Source: Squalus acanthias
Taxonomy: Eukaryota
Length of the DNA: 64,000 bases
Direction of reading: 5' to 3'
NCBI GenBank assembly: GCA_030390025.1
Contig: CM059432.1
Location: 92,630,001-92,694,000, forward strand
A model generated the notes under the pieces. The model saw nothing but the letters and a program-made list of their open reading frames with translations. It did no database searches and was not told where the DNA came from. The translations under genes and the position numbers were made by a program. Positions 23,421 through 36,579 of the stretch are shown in pieces; positions within the stretch are counted from its first letter, which is position 1; every line of letters begins with the position of its first letter.

Positions 23421-25050
23421 TTCTACCCCATGCCTACTACATGCAGTTAGACAGTGTTATATACAGTCAATACTATCACAGTATGTTATGTTAGCATATC
23501 ATTTCCAATTATGTATTCTCACTGAGATTGAGTCCCTCTATCTCCCATCTTCAACAGAAGTTCAAACTTTCTTGACACTAACAAGAAACAAGAGGGCATC
23601 CTCCCTCTGTTGAAGAATGCCGAAGCAGCTCCATGAGTAAACATCATCTTATTTGCCTGCAGCAAGAAAAAAGGAGCCACTGGTCTTTCAAAAACCTTTG
23701 AAAATCAAATATAGGTACAGTACTTAGACTGTCAAATTAGATAATCGGTGACCTGACTAGGCTCTGATGCAGGCACAGACAGAGCTAGAGTCTAACCACC
23801 TGTCACCCAGACTGAGCTTATAATTATCTTCATAGATGTGCAGTATTTTAAGCCCAAGGGCTAGCCTGTATTATAGGCTGCATTATAGGAAAAAAAAAGC
23901 AGAGAGAGAGCCATCTCAGCAATGCAACTACAGGATAGATCTACTTGCTTGAAACAGCTCAGAGTTGAGGTAATTCTACAAAACTCTTTATAAATCTTCT
24001 CCAGGGAATATTTACAACCATCTTGCAGAGCTATGGTTCTCTAAAAGGGATGACAAAGATTGTACAGACTCTCCATCTCCCGGAGGGAGGTTTGGCAGGG
24101 AATCAATCCATGCAGTCCGGTAAAATATCCAATCTTTTATTGTAAGATTATCAATATGTTTCTACATTACTTTATCTCTAACAAAGATAAAATAGTAATG
24201 GAGACAGAATTGGTTTAAATCATGTTCTCGTAAACCCTGTCTTTTCCCCTCAATGATGCTGATAACACTAGAGAAGGATGAATTTCAGAACCAAGGACAT
24301 TGTACTGTAAAGATAGGCACATAAATAAATAAGCTTGGCGGAGAAATATTGAGCAAGAATTAAGATTGAAACACAAACACAGGCTTTTTATCGATGCAGG
24401 GGGCAGTGTAAGGGCAGGAGATTGCTGCAATATAAAAAGCAATATGTTATGACAGCATGCATCACAGGTTGTTTACAACAAAGCTGTGGCTTGCGGAAAA
24501 GCAATGATAGGAAGTATGGTGTGAAAAGGCATGTGGCCTCTCATCTCTGTTTGCCAATCGGTTCGAACAACTGGGTGGTCATAAAATATCAGATAGTGTT
24601 GTATCCAGCAGGAAGTAGACCATAAAGAAAATGGTATAATGAAGTGATAGTGTTTTTACTTAGTTAGAAAGAGACCGTTGCTGCCTTCGAGACAAGGTGG
24701 CGTGAACAGGCTTGGAGAAGCCATCTTCGCAGGTCCTCGTTAAATCTATGCACGAGTTTTGGATGCGGGGCTAATATGCGCTACTCTGTATGGGTATTTA
24801 GGGTGTTTAAGTTACCATCTAGTCCTTTAATTACCTAAAATATTGACAATTGTCGCAACAATCTGAGTACTAAACTGATTCAGTGAAGCAGGCAGGGTTC
24901 ACCTGTAGAAGACACTTTATTTATAGTGGCCAGCACCTAATAAACATAGCTACAGCACAATAGATTAACTGATTTATGAAATAAGAGTAACTTCAAGCAA
25001 CACTCCAGAAATGGGGACAGAGTTTATTAATTTTTTCTGCTGTATTCATG

Positions 25051-27670
25051 TGTAAGATTATAGTCTTTTTGCTTATTAATACTTTTATATATGTAGCCAA
25101 TCATAATTAGCTTATAAGGATAGATGGGAAAATAATGGCTAACTTGACTAAATAAAGAGCACAATATACATATAACTGAACAATGTGAATTAAAATATTG
25201 CAGCAGGACCTTGGAAAAGGGCTGGGAACAGCTCAACCATTGCAAGAACTAGACTGATATGGTAGCAAAGCAGATAGACAGGGAAAGAGCCTGCGTGTGA
25301 ACCAAGGTTCTTGAAATAGTTTAACTGCTGTGGAAAACGATACAAAACAGGAAGGGCTGGGTAAGGTCAGGTGACACGAAAGATCCTATGGAGAAAGAAA
25401 GGAAGGTTAAGTTTCAACTGGTGATAGGTCCAGGGAAGCTCCATAGGTTTGAATTGAAAGTAACGGTATAAGAAGGGGACCCCAGCAATGCTTCAGGGTA
25501 GAAGATTGGAGTTGAGTTTGGTGAATTCGGGGAGGTGCTCACAGGCGGAGACGGGCCAGAGGATGCAGAGAACTTTGCCGAATTCAGAGAGACACTCAGA
25601 GGTGGAGACGGGCCAGAGAGGGCACGAGCCAGAAGTTGCAGACAACTCTTGCTTTTACCCAAGGCATAACAGGGTAGTATAACTATTCATTATACCTTGT
25701 AAAGTGCTGCTTAAGATACAGTAATTGTATTGATCCTTGCTTGTGTTGAATAAAGTTTAAAGCACTGATACCAATATGAGTCAACGTTGAATCATTTGGA
25801 ATAATAGAAGTCCGAATAAGGGGGATTCTCACAAAGTGGCGATCGCAGCAGGCGTTCACAGCAGATGATCTATTTTATTTTTTTTATTAACATATTCAGT
25901 ACAAGTGAGGTCCTAGCTGACGTGTCTGAGCTCCCCTAGTCGGTTACAGAAGGTTACTACATCCTACCAGCAATGTTCCCTCTATAATTTTTTTTTGGAT
26001 GCGCGGCCCCTTTAACGGGCTACGCGGCCCATTCAGTCTCGTGCATGTGTGAAATTTTACGTTGGAAAAGCTGGTCCCGGGCTGCGTGGCCACACAGCTT
26101 AGAGGGAATGTTGCCTACCAGTAGTAGTAGCAGTGCAATACCAAGTTAACAGAGGTTGAGCAAGCTAGGGATAAAGAGTTTGGGAAGCTCTGTGTCACGG
26201 GGACTTGGTATTGTATCCAAAAGCGGTCGAATGGATCCAGAGCCTGATTTCTCTGGAAAAAAATCAAATTGGATAAAGGGAAGCGTCTATTAGCTTATGC
26301 GTCCCACTATTGTGCATAGCATGGTGAGATAAGAGAAGGAAAACATTTGGAAGCACAGAAAATAGAGGGGGAAAAGAGAACGCTAGCAGCTAGAAATCAG
26401 GACTGGTGATCCAAGCTGTATACTAACCCATCTGGGAACTCAGCAAATGAAGGTAAAAAATATGGAGTTAGAGAACCAAAACAAGCTCCTGAGATGACAG
26501 TTCAAAAGGCAAAAGAAAAGAAACTTAAAGTTGAAACCAACACTGAAGCTGCCAACTTTTGTGCTGAAAAAAATAAAACACAAGAATTACTGAGTGAAAG
26601 GAAACTTAAAGGATGCTGGAATTTCAGTTTGTGTTAAAGTGTAGAAGTTTTCCTGACTATGAAGTTATAGTATTTCTTTTGTATGAAAGTCTGTCTTTAA
26701 AAAGTATCTGTTATGTTTGTTTTAGCTCCACCCACTGTTCTGTGCACAAAGCTAAACGCTGTTTAACCCTTTGCAGTCTTGTCTTGGATGTTGGAAGTAT
26801 GCATTTCTATTTGATGTCTTTCCTACAAGCGCGTGCTGTTTTAAGTTTGTTAATTGTTTGATTAATGTATGTACATGTGTATTATTTGTGAGAAACTTGA
26901 GCCATGTTTTTGGTTTTTGAACTGATTTAAACAGTGTGAACAGGCTTATGACCTGGGAATATCATGTTAAAAAAAAATTGGCACTTGGCGTTCATAACCC
27001 ATTACAGGGATCAATATTTCTAAGTTGCATGAATGTGGTTGATTGAGTATGTTCATTTCAATTTAAGATTGTGCACCCAGAATTGAAATGAAAATTTGAA
27101 TTGCATTTTAAGTTAAAGATGCAGGTGTGGATTTATTTTGACTACAATTTACACAACTGTGAAAAGAAAAGATAAAATTCAGCCTTGAAGTTACGGTTGC
27201 CATGGTGTCTGATAGAAAATTAATTTGAACTTTTCATGGCACTTTGTTTTAATTGGATTACAGCTAAAAATTGCTATTCCAAGTTTTAAAAGGTACAAAG
27301 ACTTTGAAAAACCAGTAAATTGGCGCTTGGTTCTTTTATGATCGGGAAAGTTTTTTAAATTTTTTTTACGTGAAGTGACACAATTGCAAGCATCTGACGA
27401 TATTTGCTCTGCCTTCTTATAAACCGGCAAAGTTATCCCTTTCCGCTGACAACAGTTTTTTTTTGTTCACTACAAAACAACTTTTGTATTGCTAAATGCA
27501 ACTTTATATATTGGACATTATTAGTTTTAAGTTTCTTAATTTTAAGTGGATATTTCCCATAGTGACAGAAGGAAATTATGATTTGACAAATTAACACCTT
27601 GGGATCTTAAGCGGAGCCACAATGGATTCTCTGTTTTCTTTACTTTTTAACAGGTGACCAGGGCTTTTCT
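25051..27670 (+). mobile_element. Degenerate LTR-retroelement/ERV-like relic: LTR 25051-25833, PBS-like site, decayed internal region
   Basis: TGTAAGA...TCTCACA imperfect inverted termini; TATAAG 25467; AATAAA 25749; TGGCGATCGCAGCAGG at 25837, 3 nt after CA. No second LTR or intact ORF found; right boundary uncertain. Confidence 0.55.
25971..26113. mobile_element. hAT-type MITE, 143 bp
   Basis: TIRs CAATGTTCCCTCTA / TAGAGGGAATGTTG; 8-bp TSD CCTACCAG at 25963-25970 and 26114-26121. Confidence 0.88.
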
Positions 27671-27964
27671 GGTGCATTCCCAGGAATCTCAATGCAGAGG
27701 TTTAACCAAGTTGAAGACACCCAGAATACACCAGTGCCACTTTGCAATGCACACTTTTGGCTTCAACTCCCAGAGTGCATCACTGTTGCTGTGTATGTCA
27801 CTAATGGACAACATCCCAGAATTCAGCTTAAGGCTGCCTCTTTCTCATCTGTCTACTATGGTAACATAAGAAATACTGGACAGGTAGGGCAAGGTTTACA
27901 AATTGATGTTGTTGCTCATTCTGTGATTCACCAGTCTTGCTGTTAATAAATATAACTTGGTCCT

Positions 27965-28585
27965 TTAGGAACAGGAGTAGGCCATTCAGCCCCTCAGGCC
28001 TGTTCCACCATTCAGTTAGATCATGGTTGATCTGTACTGTAACTTCATTTACCTGCCTTTGCTCCATATCGCTTAATACCTTTACCTAACAATAATCTGT
28101 CGATCTCATTGTTAAAAATTTCAATTGACCCAGCATCTGCGCTGTACCCCTTCCAAGCCTAATATATCTTGCCTGCAGTTTGGTGCCCAAAACTAAATGC
28201 AATACTCCAGATGGGGTCTGACCAAGGCTCTGTACAACTGAAGCATCACTTCTTCACTTTTGTATTCCAATCCCCTTGATATAAAGGCCAACATTCCAGT
28301 AGCCTTTTTAATTACTTTTATACCTAGATTTTTGAGTTTAAGTCTCTGGAGTGGGACTTGAACCCACAACTGACTCAGAGGCGAGGGTGTTACCAACTGA
28401 GCCACAGCAGACTAAGTGAGCAGGCAAAACTATGTCAGATAGAGTTCAATGTGGGAAAGTGTGAGGTCAACCACTTTGGATCAGAGAAAGATAAATCAGA
28501 ATAGTTTCTTAATGGTGAGAGACGAGGAACCATGGGGAAGAAAAGGGATATGGGAGTCCATGTGCACAGATCACTAAAAGCTAGG
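27965..28585. mobile_element. CR1 fragments in both orientations around a SINE head (28325-28412, minus)
   Basis: ORF 28193-28405 ends LYRALVRPHLEYCI; GGAGTGGGACTTGAACCC is a reverse-complement B box. Confidence 0.7.
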
Positions 28586-29779
28586 TATAATGAAACATTT
28601 CCTGTTTCTATCTTGCATCCTTATTGGGGCATCCCATTAATTACCATTCTATCTCATTCATTTGCCCTGGTGGAACTTTACTGTCCAATACAATATTCTC
28701 ATAATATCTTTAAAACAAAAATCAAATGTTCTCACTTGGTCCAAGTTATTAACACATTGCTTATTCTTTATTTTAGAGGTACTTTTATTTCCCTAAATAA
28801 CTCACTGTATTGTGCCTGAGTCCATTTTATCAGTCCAAAATTATCCCAAATCCAAATAGCAGTGTTGTTGGACTGACAGGTTATGTCAATTTTATTTCCC
28901 CAAAACGTTCTCCTGGAACCACCTAGACTGCTCTCAACCAGTTTATTTTAATGAAAATGTAATTGTTCCCTTTAACTTCAAGTTGATTTTCCGTTCTCGA
29001 GTCAATTTATCTCATCAATTCCAATTTCAGAAACAAGTGATGCCCAGGCTTGGTGGTTTTACACAGTGGTTTCAACATTAGAGACAGAAGTGTTCGCAAT
29101 TAGTTTAGAGGTAACTTCCATATCTCCCCTTCTCGAGCACTCTGTATCGGAAGATAACAAATGACCCTGAATGGGTTAAGTCCGAGTCCGAGCTTTTTAA
29201 AGGCAAAGCCTTTAGTCCAAATTGTCACCATGCTTTGACATTTGATGTCTGCCGATGTCCGCAAATAAATTCTTAAAACTGCTGGATCTCTCGCTATGCC
29301 ATCAATATTCATGCGGTCCGAAAAGCCCTGGTCACCTGTTAAAAAGTAAAGAAAACACAGAGAGTCCATTGTGGCTCTGCTTAAGAGCCCAATGGCAACA
29401 TTCATGGAACCATCTCATTCACATAAAAAGACAACTCTATAAATTTGCACTCCTGGCACATGCTTCACATGCCAGGAATGCACATCAGAAATTCAGGTGT
29501 GGATACCAGCTGACCCCGTAGGGCTTTCCAGTCATAATCATGAATGATGTAATTTTTTTGTTAATGTTACCTCCTTTTCCTTCTTGCCAGTTATATTTTG
29601 GTAGTATTTTTAAACCTCCTTGATATTTGAGGATTGTTAGTTTTTGTTCCCACTTGATTGTTGTTTATTGGTAGATTTCCTATCTGCTCACTTGTGACTT
29701 TCTACTGTTTGTAAATATGACATTTGATGTAAAACTTTTCACTTTTGTGGAAAGACAAATAGTGGCTTATTTTAAACTT

Positions 29780-29915
29780 CTTAGGATGTGAGCAATGCTG
29801 GCAAGGCCGCATTTATTACCCACCCCTAATTTCCCTGAGGAAGTCTTCTTGAACCATTGCAGTCTGTGGACTGATTGTTAGGTAGGGAATTCTAGGATAT
29901 TGACCCAGCAATGAT
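29780..29915 (-). mobile_element. 3' tail of the 54645-57350 LINE/SINE family
   Basis: GGATGTGAGCAATGCTGGCAAGGCCGCATTTATTACCCACCCCTAATT matches 54659-54710. Confidence 0.65.
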
Positions 29916-30436
29916 GAAGGATTTATTTATGTTCTCTTATAATTTGGCCAAAATAAATGTTGTTGTGCGATTTTGCATGCAAGGCTTTGCTCAAGCTCCA
30001 GGTGCTGTGGTGCAGAGAGGGGAATGTGGGCTGCTGGTGATGCTGGGAAGTGAGAAATATAAAGGAGATAAGAATGTGGTTATAAGGAACTTATATCTTG
30101 TTGGATCCCCAAGCTGTGAGTCACAGTATGGTGTTGTGTTATATGGAGTTATTAGCTGTGGTGTTAGGGCAGCAATCTGTGGGGCTCATCACATTGGTGG
30201 CTGTAAGCATCTCTGGGCACTACCCAGGGGCCAGGCTGGGGCAGTTTTGGCGTTGGGCTCTCACTGGTGCTAGATGCTCAGCAATATTGAGAGAGAGAAT
30301 GGTTGGGTGCAGTGACATGAAACTGAAAGAGGGCAATCGGTGAGTGGCTGAGATGTGTCATTGTGGACATTGTGCTGGACAGGATTTGCAATTTGCAGTG
30401 AATAAAGACTTTGTAGTTACCATCTCGTCAAATATG

Positions 30437-31183
30437 GGGCTGTAATTTGCGACCCCCATGGGTGCGTACAAGTTGTATACACGCCCATAAGGGTTGTGCA
30501 AGGTCCGGGTTTAGGTATGCGCGAAAACCCAGAACTTACAATGTCAAGAATTCTCTTGACAGATGATCCACATCCACGGGAAAAGGACCTCCGCGGGCGG
30601 AGAGTTCCGCTATTTGACCAACTTCCGCCCGCTGAATGCCCGAGAAATACTTATGCCTGGTAAAAGCAGGCGTAAGGCCTGCTTTTTCCAGCATAAGAGT
30701 TTCAAAAATAGAAAAATAAAATTTCATCACTCATTTATACTTTAAAAACTCTGTCCAATAAGGTAAGTTTATTTTTAGCCCAGTTAAAACATTAGAAAAA
30801 AATTCAAACAATTAAATTTTTGTTTAAAATATTTAATTAAATGGCATTTTAATTTTAAATATGTAATTTTTACAAATTTATTTCATGTGTTTGTGTATTT
30901 TTTTTTAAGTGATCCACATTCATACTTATGGGGATTCCGTTTGTACAGAACTCCCATAAGTATGAATGGGGATTCCCTTCTTTTATTGGTTGGGCCGGCC
31001 CACGTGATCCCAGGGGCGCTTGCGAACCGCATGCACCCGAGATACGTGGGCCTCTACCCGGGTACCCGGAGAGGCCCAGGAGCGCGAATCAACTTACCTC
31101 CCGGACCACCAGGTAAATTCGTAGATTTTTTACAAGTCGGAGGCATCCGCCCGCGGGAAGCCTCCGACCGTAAATTTTGGGCC
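30437..31183. mobile_element. Non-autonomous PIF/Harbinger-like DNA transposon
   Basis: TIRs GGGCTGTAATTTGCG / CGTAAATTTTGGGCC; 3-bp TSD ATG at 30434-30436 and 31184-31186; subterminal hairpins. Confidence 0.72.
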
Positions 31184-31214
31184 ATGAAGTTTTTCTTCTT
31201 GCCTCTGTATGTTT

Positions 31215-33862
31215 ACATAGGATATATGGCACAGAAACAGGGTATTCGGCCCAACCAGTCCATGCCGGCGTTTATGCTCCACTTGAGCCTCCTCCCGTCT
31301 TTCCTCATCTAACTCTATCAGCATAACCCTCTATTCCCTTCTCCCTCATGCTTATCCAGCCTCCCTTTAAATGCATCTATATTATTTGCCTCAACTGCTC
31401 CCTGTGGTAGCAAGTTCCACATTCTCACCACTCTCTGGGTAAAAAAGTTCCTTCTGAATTCCCTATTGGATTTCTTGGTGATTAACTTATGTTGATGGCC
31501 GCTAGTTATGCTCTTCCCCACAAGTGGAAACACTCTCTCTGTATCCACTCTATCAAAACCTTTCATAATTTTAAAGACCTCAATTAGGTCACCCCTCAGC
31601 CTTCTTTTTTCAAGCGAAAAGAGACCCAGCCTGTTCATCCTTTCCTGATAGGTATACCCTTGCATTTCTGGTATCATCCTTGTAAATCTTCTCTGCACCC
31701 TCTCCAGTGCCTCGATATCCTTTTTATAATATAGCGACCAGAATTGGATGCAGTACTCCAAATGTGGCCTAACCAAGATTCAATACAAGTTTAGCATATC
31801 ATTACTTTTCAATTCTATCCCTCTAGAAATAAACACTAGTGCCTGGTTTGCTTTTTTTATGGCCTTGTTAACCTGTGTCGCTAGTTTTAGTGATTTGTGT
31901 ATTTGTACTCCAAAATCCCTTTGTTCCTCTACCCCACCTAGACTCGCCCCCTCCAAGTAATGTGACCTCCCTATTCTTCCTACCAAAATGTAATAGCTCA
32001 CATTTATCTATGTTGAATTTCATTTGCCAATTATATGCCCATTCTGCAAGTTTATTAATGTAATTTGTCACAGTCCTCCTAGGTATTGACTATCCCCCCC
32101 GAATTTGGTGTCATCCACAAATTTAGAAATTGTGTTTTTGATTCCAAAGTCTAAATCGTTAATATAAATTGTGAACAGCAGTGGTCCCAGCACTGATCCT
32201 TGTGGAACACCACTACCCACCTTCTGCCACTGTGAATAGCTACCCTTTACCCCATCTCTCTGCTTTCTGTCTTGAAGCCAGCTAGCTACTGCTACTTGTC
32301 CCGACATCACATTTTCTGACCTTATTAGTCCATTATGTGGTACTTTATCGAAGGCCTTTTGAAAATCTAGATAAATTACATCTACTACATTACCCTTGTC
32401 TATTCTCTGTTACCTCTTCAAAAAATTCAATGAGGTTGATCAAGCAAGACTTTCCCTTTTGAAATCCATGCGACTATTCATTATTATATTTTTGGCTTCT
32501 AGATGTTCTTCTATTTTCTCCTTTAGTAGGGATTCCATTATTTTTCCTAACACCGATGTTAAGCTGACTGGTCTATCGTTCCCTGGACATGCTCTTTCTC
32601 CCTTCTTAAATATAGGTATTATGTTAGCTATTCACCAGTCCTCTGGCACTACACCTTTTCTAATGAATTATTAAATATGTGTAGTAATGCCTCTGCTATC
32701 TCTTCCCTAGATTCTTTTAAAATGTGCGGATGTAATCCCTCCAGACCAGGGGTTTATTCCTCTTTGCGTTTGATTAGTTTATTTAATATATCTCCTCTTT
32801 TTCATTTAAATGCAGCTATTTCATTACTAATCTCATGATCCAATGTCATGTCCACCTGGTAAATACTGAGGCAAAATAATTATTTAATATTTCGACCATC
32901 TCTCTTGCACTGCCTGTGGTATTAGCCCATCCATCCCTTAGTGGCCATATTCCCATCCTGACTTTCCTTTTTTTTTATTGATGTGCCTGTAAAATATTTT
33001 ACTATTTTGTTTTATGTTCCTTGATAATTTAATTTCATAGTTCCTCTTTGCCTGCCTAATTGTTTTTCTGACTTTATATATTTTTCCTGGACTCTGTTGA
33101 ACACCGTTTTAAATGTTTTCATTGCTGTTCGGTGTCATTGTTTGCCAATATTGTTGTCCATTTTATTTTCCCAAGTTCTGTTCTCAGCCCCTCAAAATCA
33201 GCTTTTCTCTAATCTATTACCCTGGTTTTCGTCATACTTATGTCCTTCTCAATTATCATCTTAAAGCGTATTATATTATGGTCACTATTGCCTAGATGTT
33301 CCCCTACTTTTACTTCTCTTATCTGCTCTGGTTCATTCCCCATTACTAGATCCAATAGTGAATCCTCCCTTGTTGGGCTTTTTACATATTGGGTTAGAAA
33401 CGAGTCCTGTACACATTGTAGGAATGCCATTCCCTTACCCCCTTTACCTACCTCTTCTATGCAATTAATATCTGGGTAGTTGAAATTCCCCATGATTATT
33501 ATTCTATGTTTTTTACTCATTTCCCTAATTTGTTTGCATATTTTTTCCTCTACTTCCCTTCCACTATTAGGTGGCCTGTAGACGACTCCTATTAGTGTGA
33601 TTGATCCATTATTATCTTTTATCTCTATCCACACGAATTCTATTTCTGTCTTGCTGATAGCTGCGTCACTTTTTTCTACTACCATTATGTTATCTCTAAT
33701 ATTTCCCACATTACAACAGTGATTCCACTTCAAAAGTACTTCATTGGCTGTAAAGCGCTTTGAGACGTCCGGTGGTCGTGAAAGGCGCTATATAAATGCA
33801 AGTCTTTCTTTCTTTAATAAGTACAGCTACTCCACCTCCCCTTTTTCCCTCTCTATCTTTTC
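31215..33862 (-). mobile_element. CR1 LINE ORF2 (APE + RT), degenerate; SINE tail inserted at ~33705-33812
   Basis: [74 protein letters not shown]. Confidence 0.92.
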
Positions 33863-34037
33863 TTAGCTTGGGATCAGCTGCATAGAGGTGGGCGTCGCAT
33901 CTTGGGAGGACCAAAGCTGGAAGTGCATCAAACAATACAATCAGCCGGAGCGCCTGTCACTCAGAGTGACAGAGGCGGGTTTCCATTAAGGTGCTTCTGC
34001 GGAATCAGATTGGTCAGATCGACGGTCACTCAAGAGT

Positions 34038-34343
34038 CACCAGATTTTCATTGAGAAAGAGCAGCTTTTAATCAGAGATCTCATGGAACAATAGGGGAAG
34101 AATCTAAAAATAGAGGAAAATCTTCCAGAAATTCAAGAGAACTTAAATTCTATTGAGAAGATTTCAAAGTTGCAGAAACGGAGCAAAAAGACGAGCTGAC
34201 ATTTCTGAAGGTGAGGGGTTATATTTCGGGTCAGTTTAGTGAAACTTCACAGTCACAAAATAACTGATGATTCCTTTGAAATAAATGTAGCATTTGCTGA
34301 ATAATTCGCAACTGATTTAAACCAATTGTTTTGTCTATTCCAG
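34038..34343 (+). pseudogene. Unprocessed fragment of a TRIM (zinc-binding protein A33-like) coiled-coil exon (34038-34210) plus the following intron
   Basis: Translates HQIFIEKEQLLIRDLMEQ*GKNLKIEENLPEIQENLNSIEKISKLQK/fs/EQKDELTFLK, then GTGAGG donor at 34211 and TTTTGTCTATTCCAG acceptor ending 34343. Resembles, from recall, the chondrichthyan TRIM exon ending QKDELIFLK. Confidence 0.7.
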
Positions 34344-34419
34344 GGCGGTTCTGCTATGGTCACCGAACTAATCTTCTCCCACACTGTCTGCAGAATCCCA
34401 GGAATACCTGCAGCCGCCA

Positions 34420-35535
34420 CAACAACTTGCATTTATATAGTTTCTTTAACATAGTAAAACATCCAAAGGCACTTCACAGAAGCTTTATCAAACAAACTTT
34501 GACACCGAGCCACATAAGGAGATATTAGGACAGGTAACCAAAAGATTAATCGAAGAGGTAGGCTTGAAGGAGCGTTTTAAAAGGAGGAGAAAGAGGTAGA
34601 GAGATGGTGAGGTTTAGGGAGGGAATTCCAGAGCTTTGGGACTAGCCAGCTAAAGGCACGGACGCCAAAGGTGGAACGATGAAAATCCGGGCTGCGCAAG
34701 AGGCCAGAATTGGAAAAGTGCAGAGATCTCGGATGGTTGCAGGGGCTGGAGGTTATAGATACAGGGAGGGGTGAGGCCACGGATCGATTTACCAGCAACA
34801 AGTTTCTCATTAAGTAAAACAAAAATAATATGTATGTTTAATTGTATAACCAATTTTTATACAGAAAAAAACTTAGGTTACAGGGGTGCCCATGGAATTT
34901 TTATAACACGGGAGGGGGGCCTCAGAAGCAAAAAGGTTGAGAACCACTGCGCTAGATTAATATATTACTTCGGAGTTATCCTGTGGCTTTGCTCATGGAG
35001 AGTTGGAGAATACACTATTTGATAACAATAGTGGTTTTATGCCATATAACAACTTGCATTTATATAGTGCCTTTAACGTAGTGAAACATCCCAAGGCGCT
35101 TCACAGAAGCTTTATCAAACAAACTTTCACACCGAGCCACATAAGGAGATATTCGGACAGTGGTTTTAAGGAGCATCTTAAAGGAGGATAGACAGGCAGA
35201 GAGGTTTAGGGAGAGAATTCCAGAGCTTAGCGCCTAAGCAGCTGACGGCACGGCCGCCAATGGTGGAGCGATTAAAATCAGGGATATGAAATAGGCCAGA
35301 ATTGGAGGAGCGCAGTCTTCCCAATATTTAGTTGGGGGAAATTTCTACTCACCCATTACTGGACGTCATACAAGCAGTATGACAAATCAGAGCCAGTGGA
35401 GCGGTCGAGAGAGGTGGTGGTGAGGTAGAGCTGGGTGTCGTCAGCGTGCATGTGGAACCTGATGTCGTAGTTTCAGATGATGTCGTCGAGGTGCAGCATG
35501 TAGATGTGAAATAGGAGGGGGCCAAGGATAGATCT
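34420..35535 (-). mobile_element. Two L2 3' fragments (34420-34790, 35048-35535) with a hAT terminal fragment between them (~34800-34949)
   Basis: Both L2 pieces begin AACAACTTGCATTTATATAG; AAAAGGTTGAGAACCACTG is a hAT/Charlie-type TIR. Confidence 0.8.
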
Positions 35536-35929
35536 ACACTGACTACCATCAAATTCTATTTTTAATTACATCGCATTTTTACTAGCGATTTGGAGATAAC
35601 GTTGTCCATTTTTCCATGAGTGACCTTTCTTATATGTTCCTTTACCTTTATAAGTTTTACCCCTTTCCTGTTTTAAATCCCACAGTACACATGAAGATAA
35701 TAGGCAACATGTAGCAGATTGAAGGTAGATATCCTGGGTTTTGTGAGGAGGGGTTCTGAGATTTAGCTGTTGTTGGTGTTCCTGGCCTTTCAGAGCATTG
35801 GTTGGTGCTTCTGGCATATGGCAGTACAGTAGAAAGGGATCCTAAAGTTTAATAGCATTGGGAGAGTGGAATGTCGGGTTTAAAAGCAAAGACTGATAAA
35901 AAAAATTGGCTAAGAGACCATAAATAAAG

Positions 35930-36500
35930 GGGATTTTAAGTGGGGTGTCTACCAGTCATGAGTGGGGTGCCCCAGGCTTCATTGTTGTGTCCCCTTCTGT
36001 TCATTATATTCATTAATGCTCAAGAGTATAAGCAGCAGAGTAATTACATTTATAAAATGACAAATTGTGTGGAAGGCTAAGTAACTTAGAAGAGGGAAAC
36101 AGATTACAACAGGATTTGGTTAGATGTGGGAAGTGGGCCCAAGGCTAGAAAATGTCCTCCAATATAGACAAGTGCGCAGTTAATCACATAGGTACACATA
36201 TTAATGGCACTGAATGTCTGTTGGTTTAATTACCAATTACAAAATTCTAATAGGGTTATATTAGGCTTTGGTATCACCTCATTTGGAGTACTGTACCCAG
36301 TTTTCGGCCCCGCCCTACCCAGCTCAGGAAGAATACTTTGACTCTAGAGAAGGTGCAGAGAAGGGCAACAAAGATGATAGAAATACATAAAAGTCATAAC
36401 ACAGAAAGAGCCCAACTAGTCCAAGTCGGCATTTACCATTCATGTGAGAAATAGTTCTAAATGTGTTCACCCACCGTGTTCCATATCCCTTTATCCTCTT
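35930..36500 (+). mobile_element. Old CR1 fragments
   Basis: GGGGTGCCCCAGGC (GVPQ) and CCTCATTTGGAGTACTGTACCCAGTTT (PHLEYCTQF). Confidence 0.55.
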
Positions 36501-36579
36501 TTCCTTCATAAAGCTCTCCTTGGCCTGAGATCATTAGCACCTTGGGTTTGTGCTGGCTGGGAAGAGATTTAGAGAGGAC

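Noticed and set aside
23590..23675. Minus-strand acceptor followed by MELLRHS, resembling MRPS28 MLRHS
   Set aside because: The peptide diverges immediately afterwards; chance match.
24141..24860. Possible solo LTR (TGTAAGATTA...CAACA)
   Set aside because: No TSD and no clear internal similarity to 25051-25833 beyond the first ~11 nt.
27654..27946. Plus-strand exon-like ORF after a strong acceptor
   Set aside because: No recognisable homology; the acceptor is explained by the inverted duplication.
29064..34949. CAGTGGTTTCAAC at 29064 and GGTTGAGAACCACTG at 34949 as ends of one hAT carrying the TRIM fragment
   Set aside because: The left match is short and imperfect and no 8-bp TSD is present.
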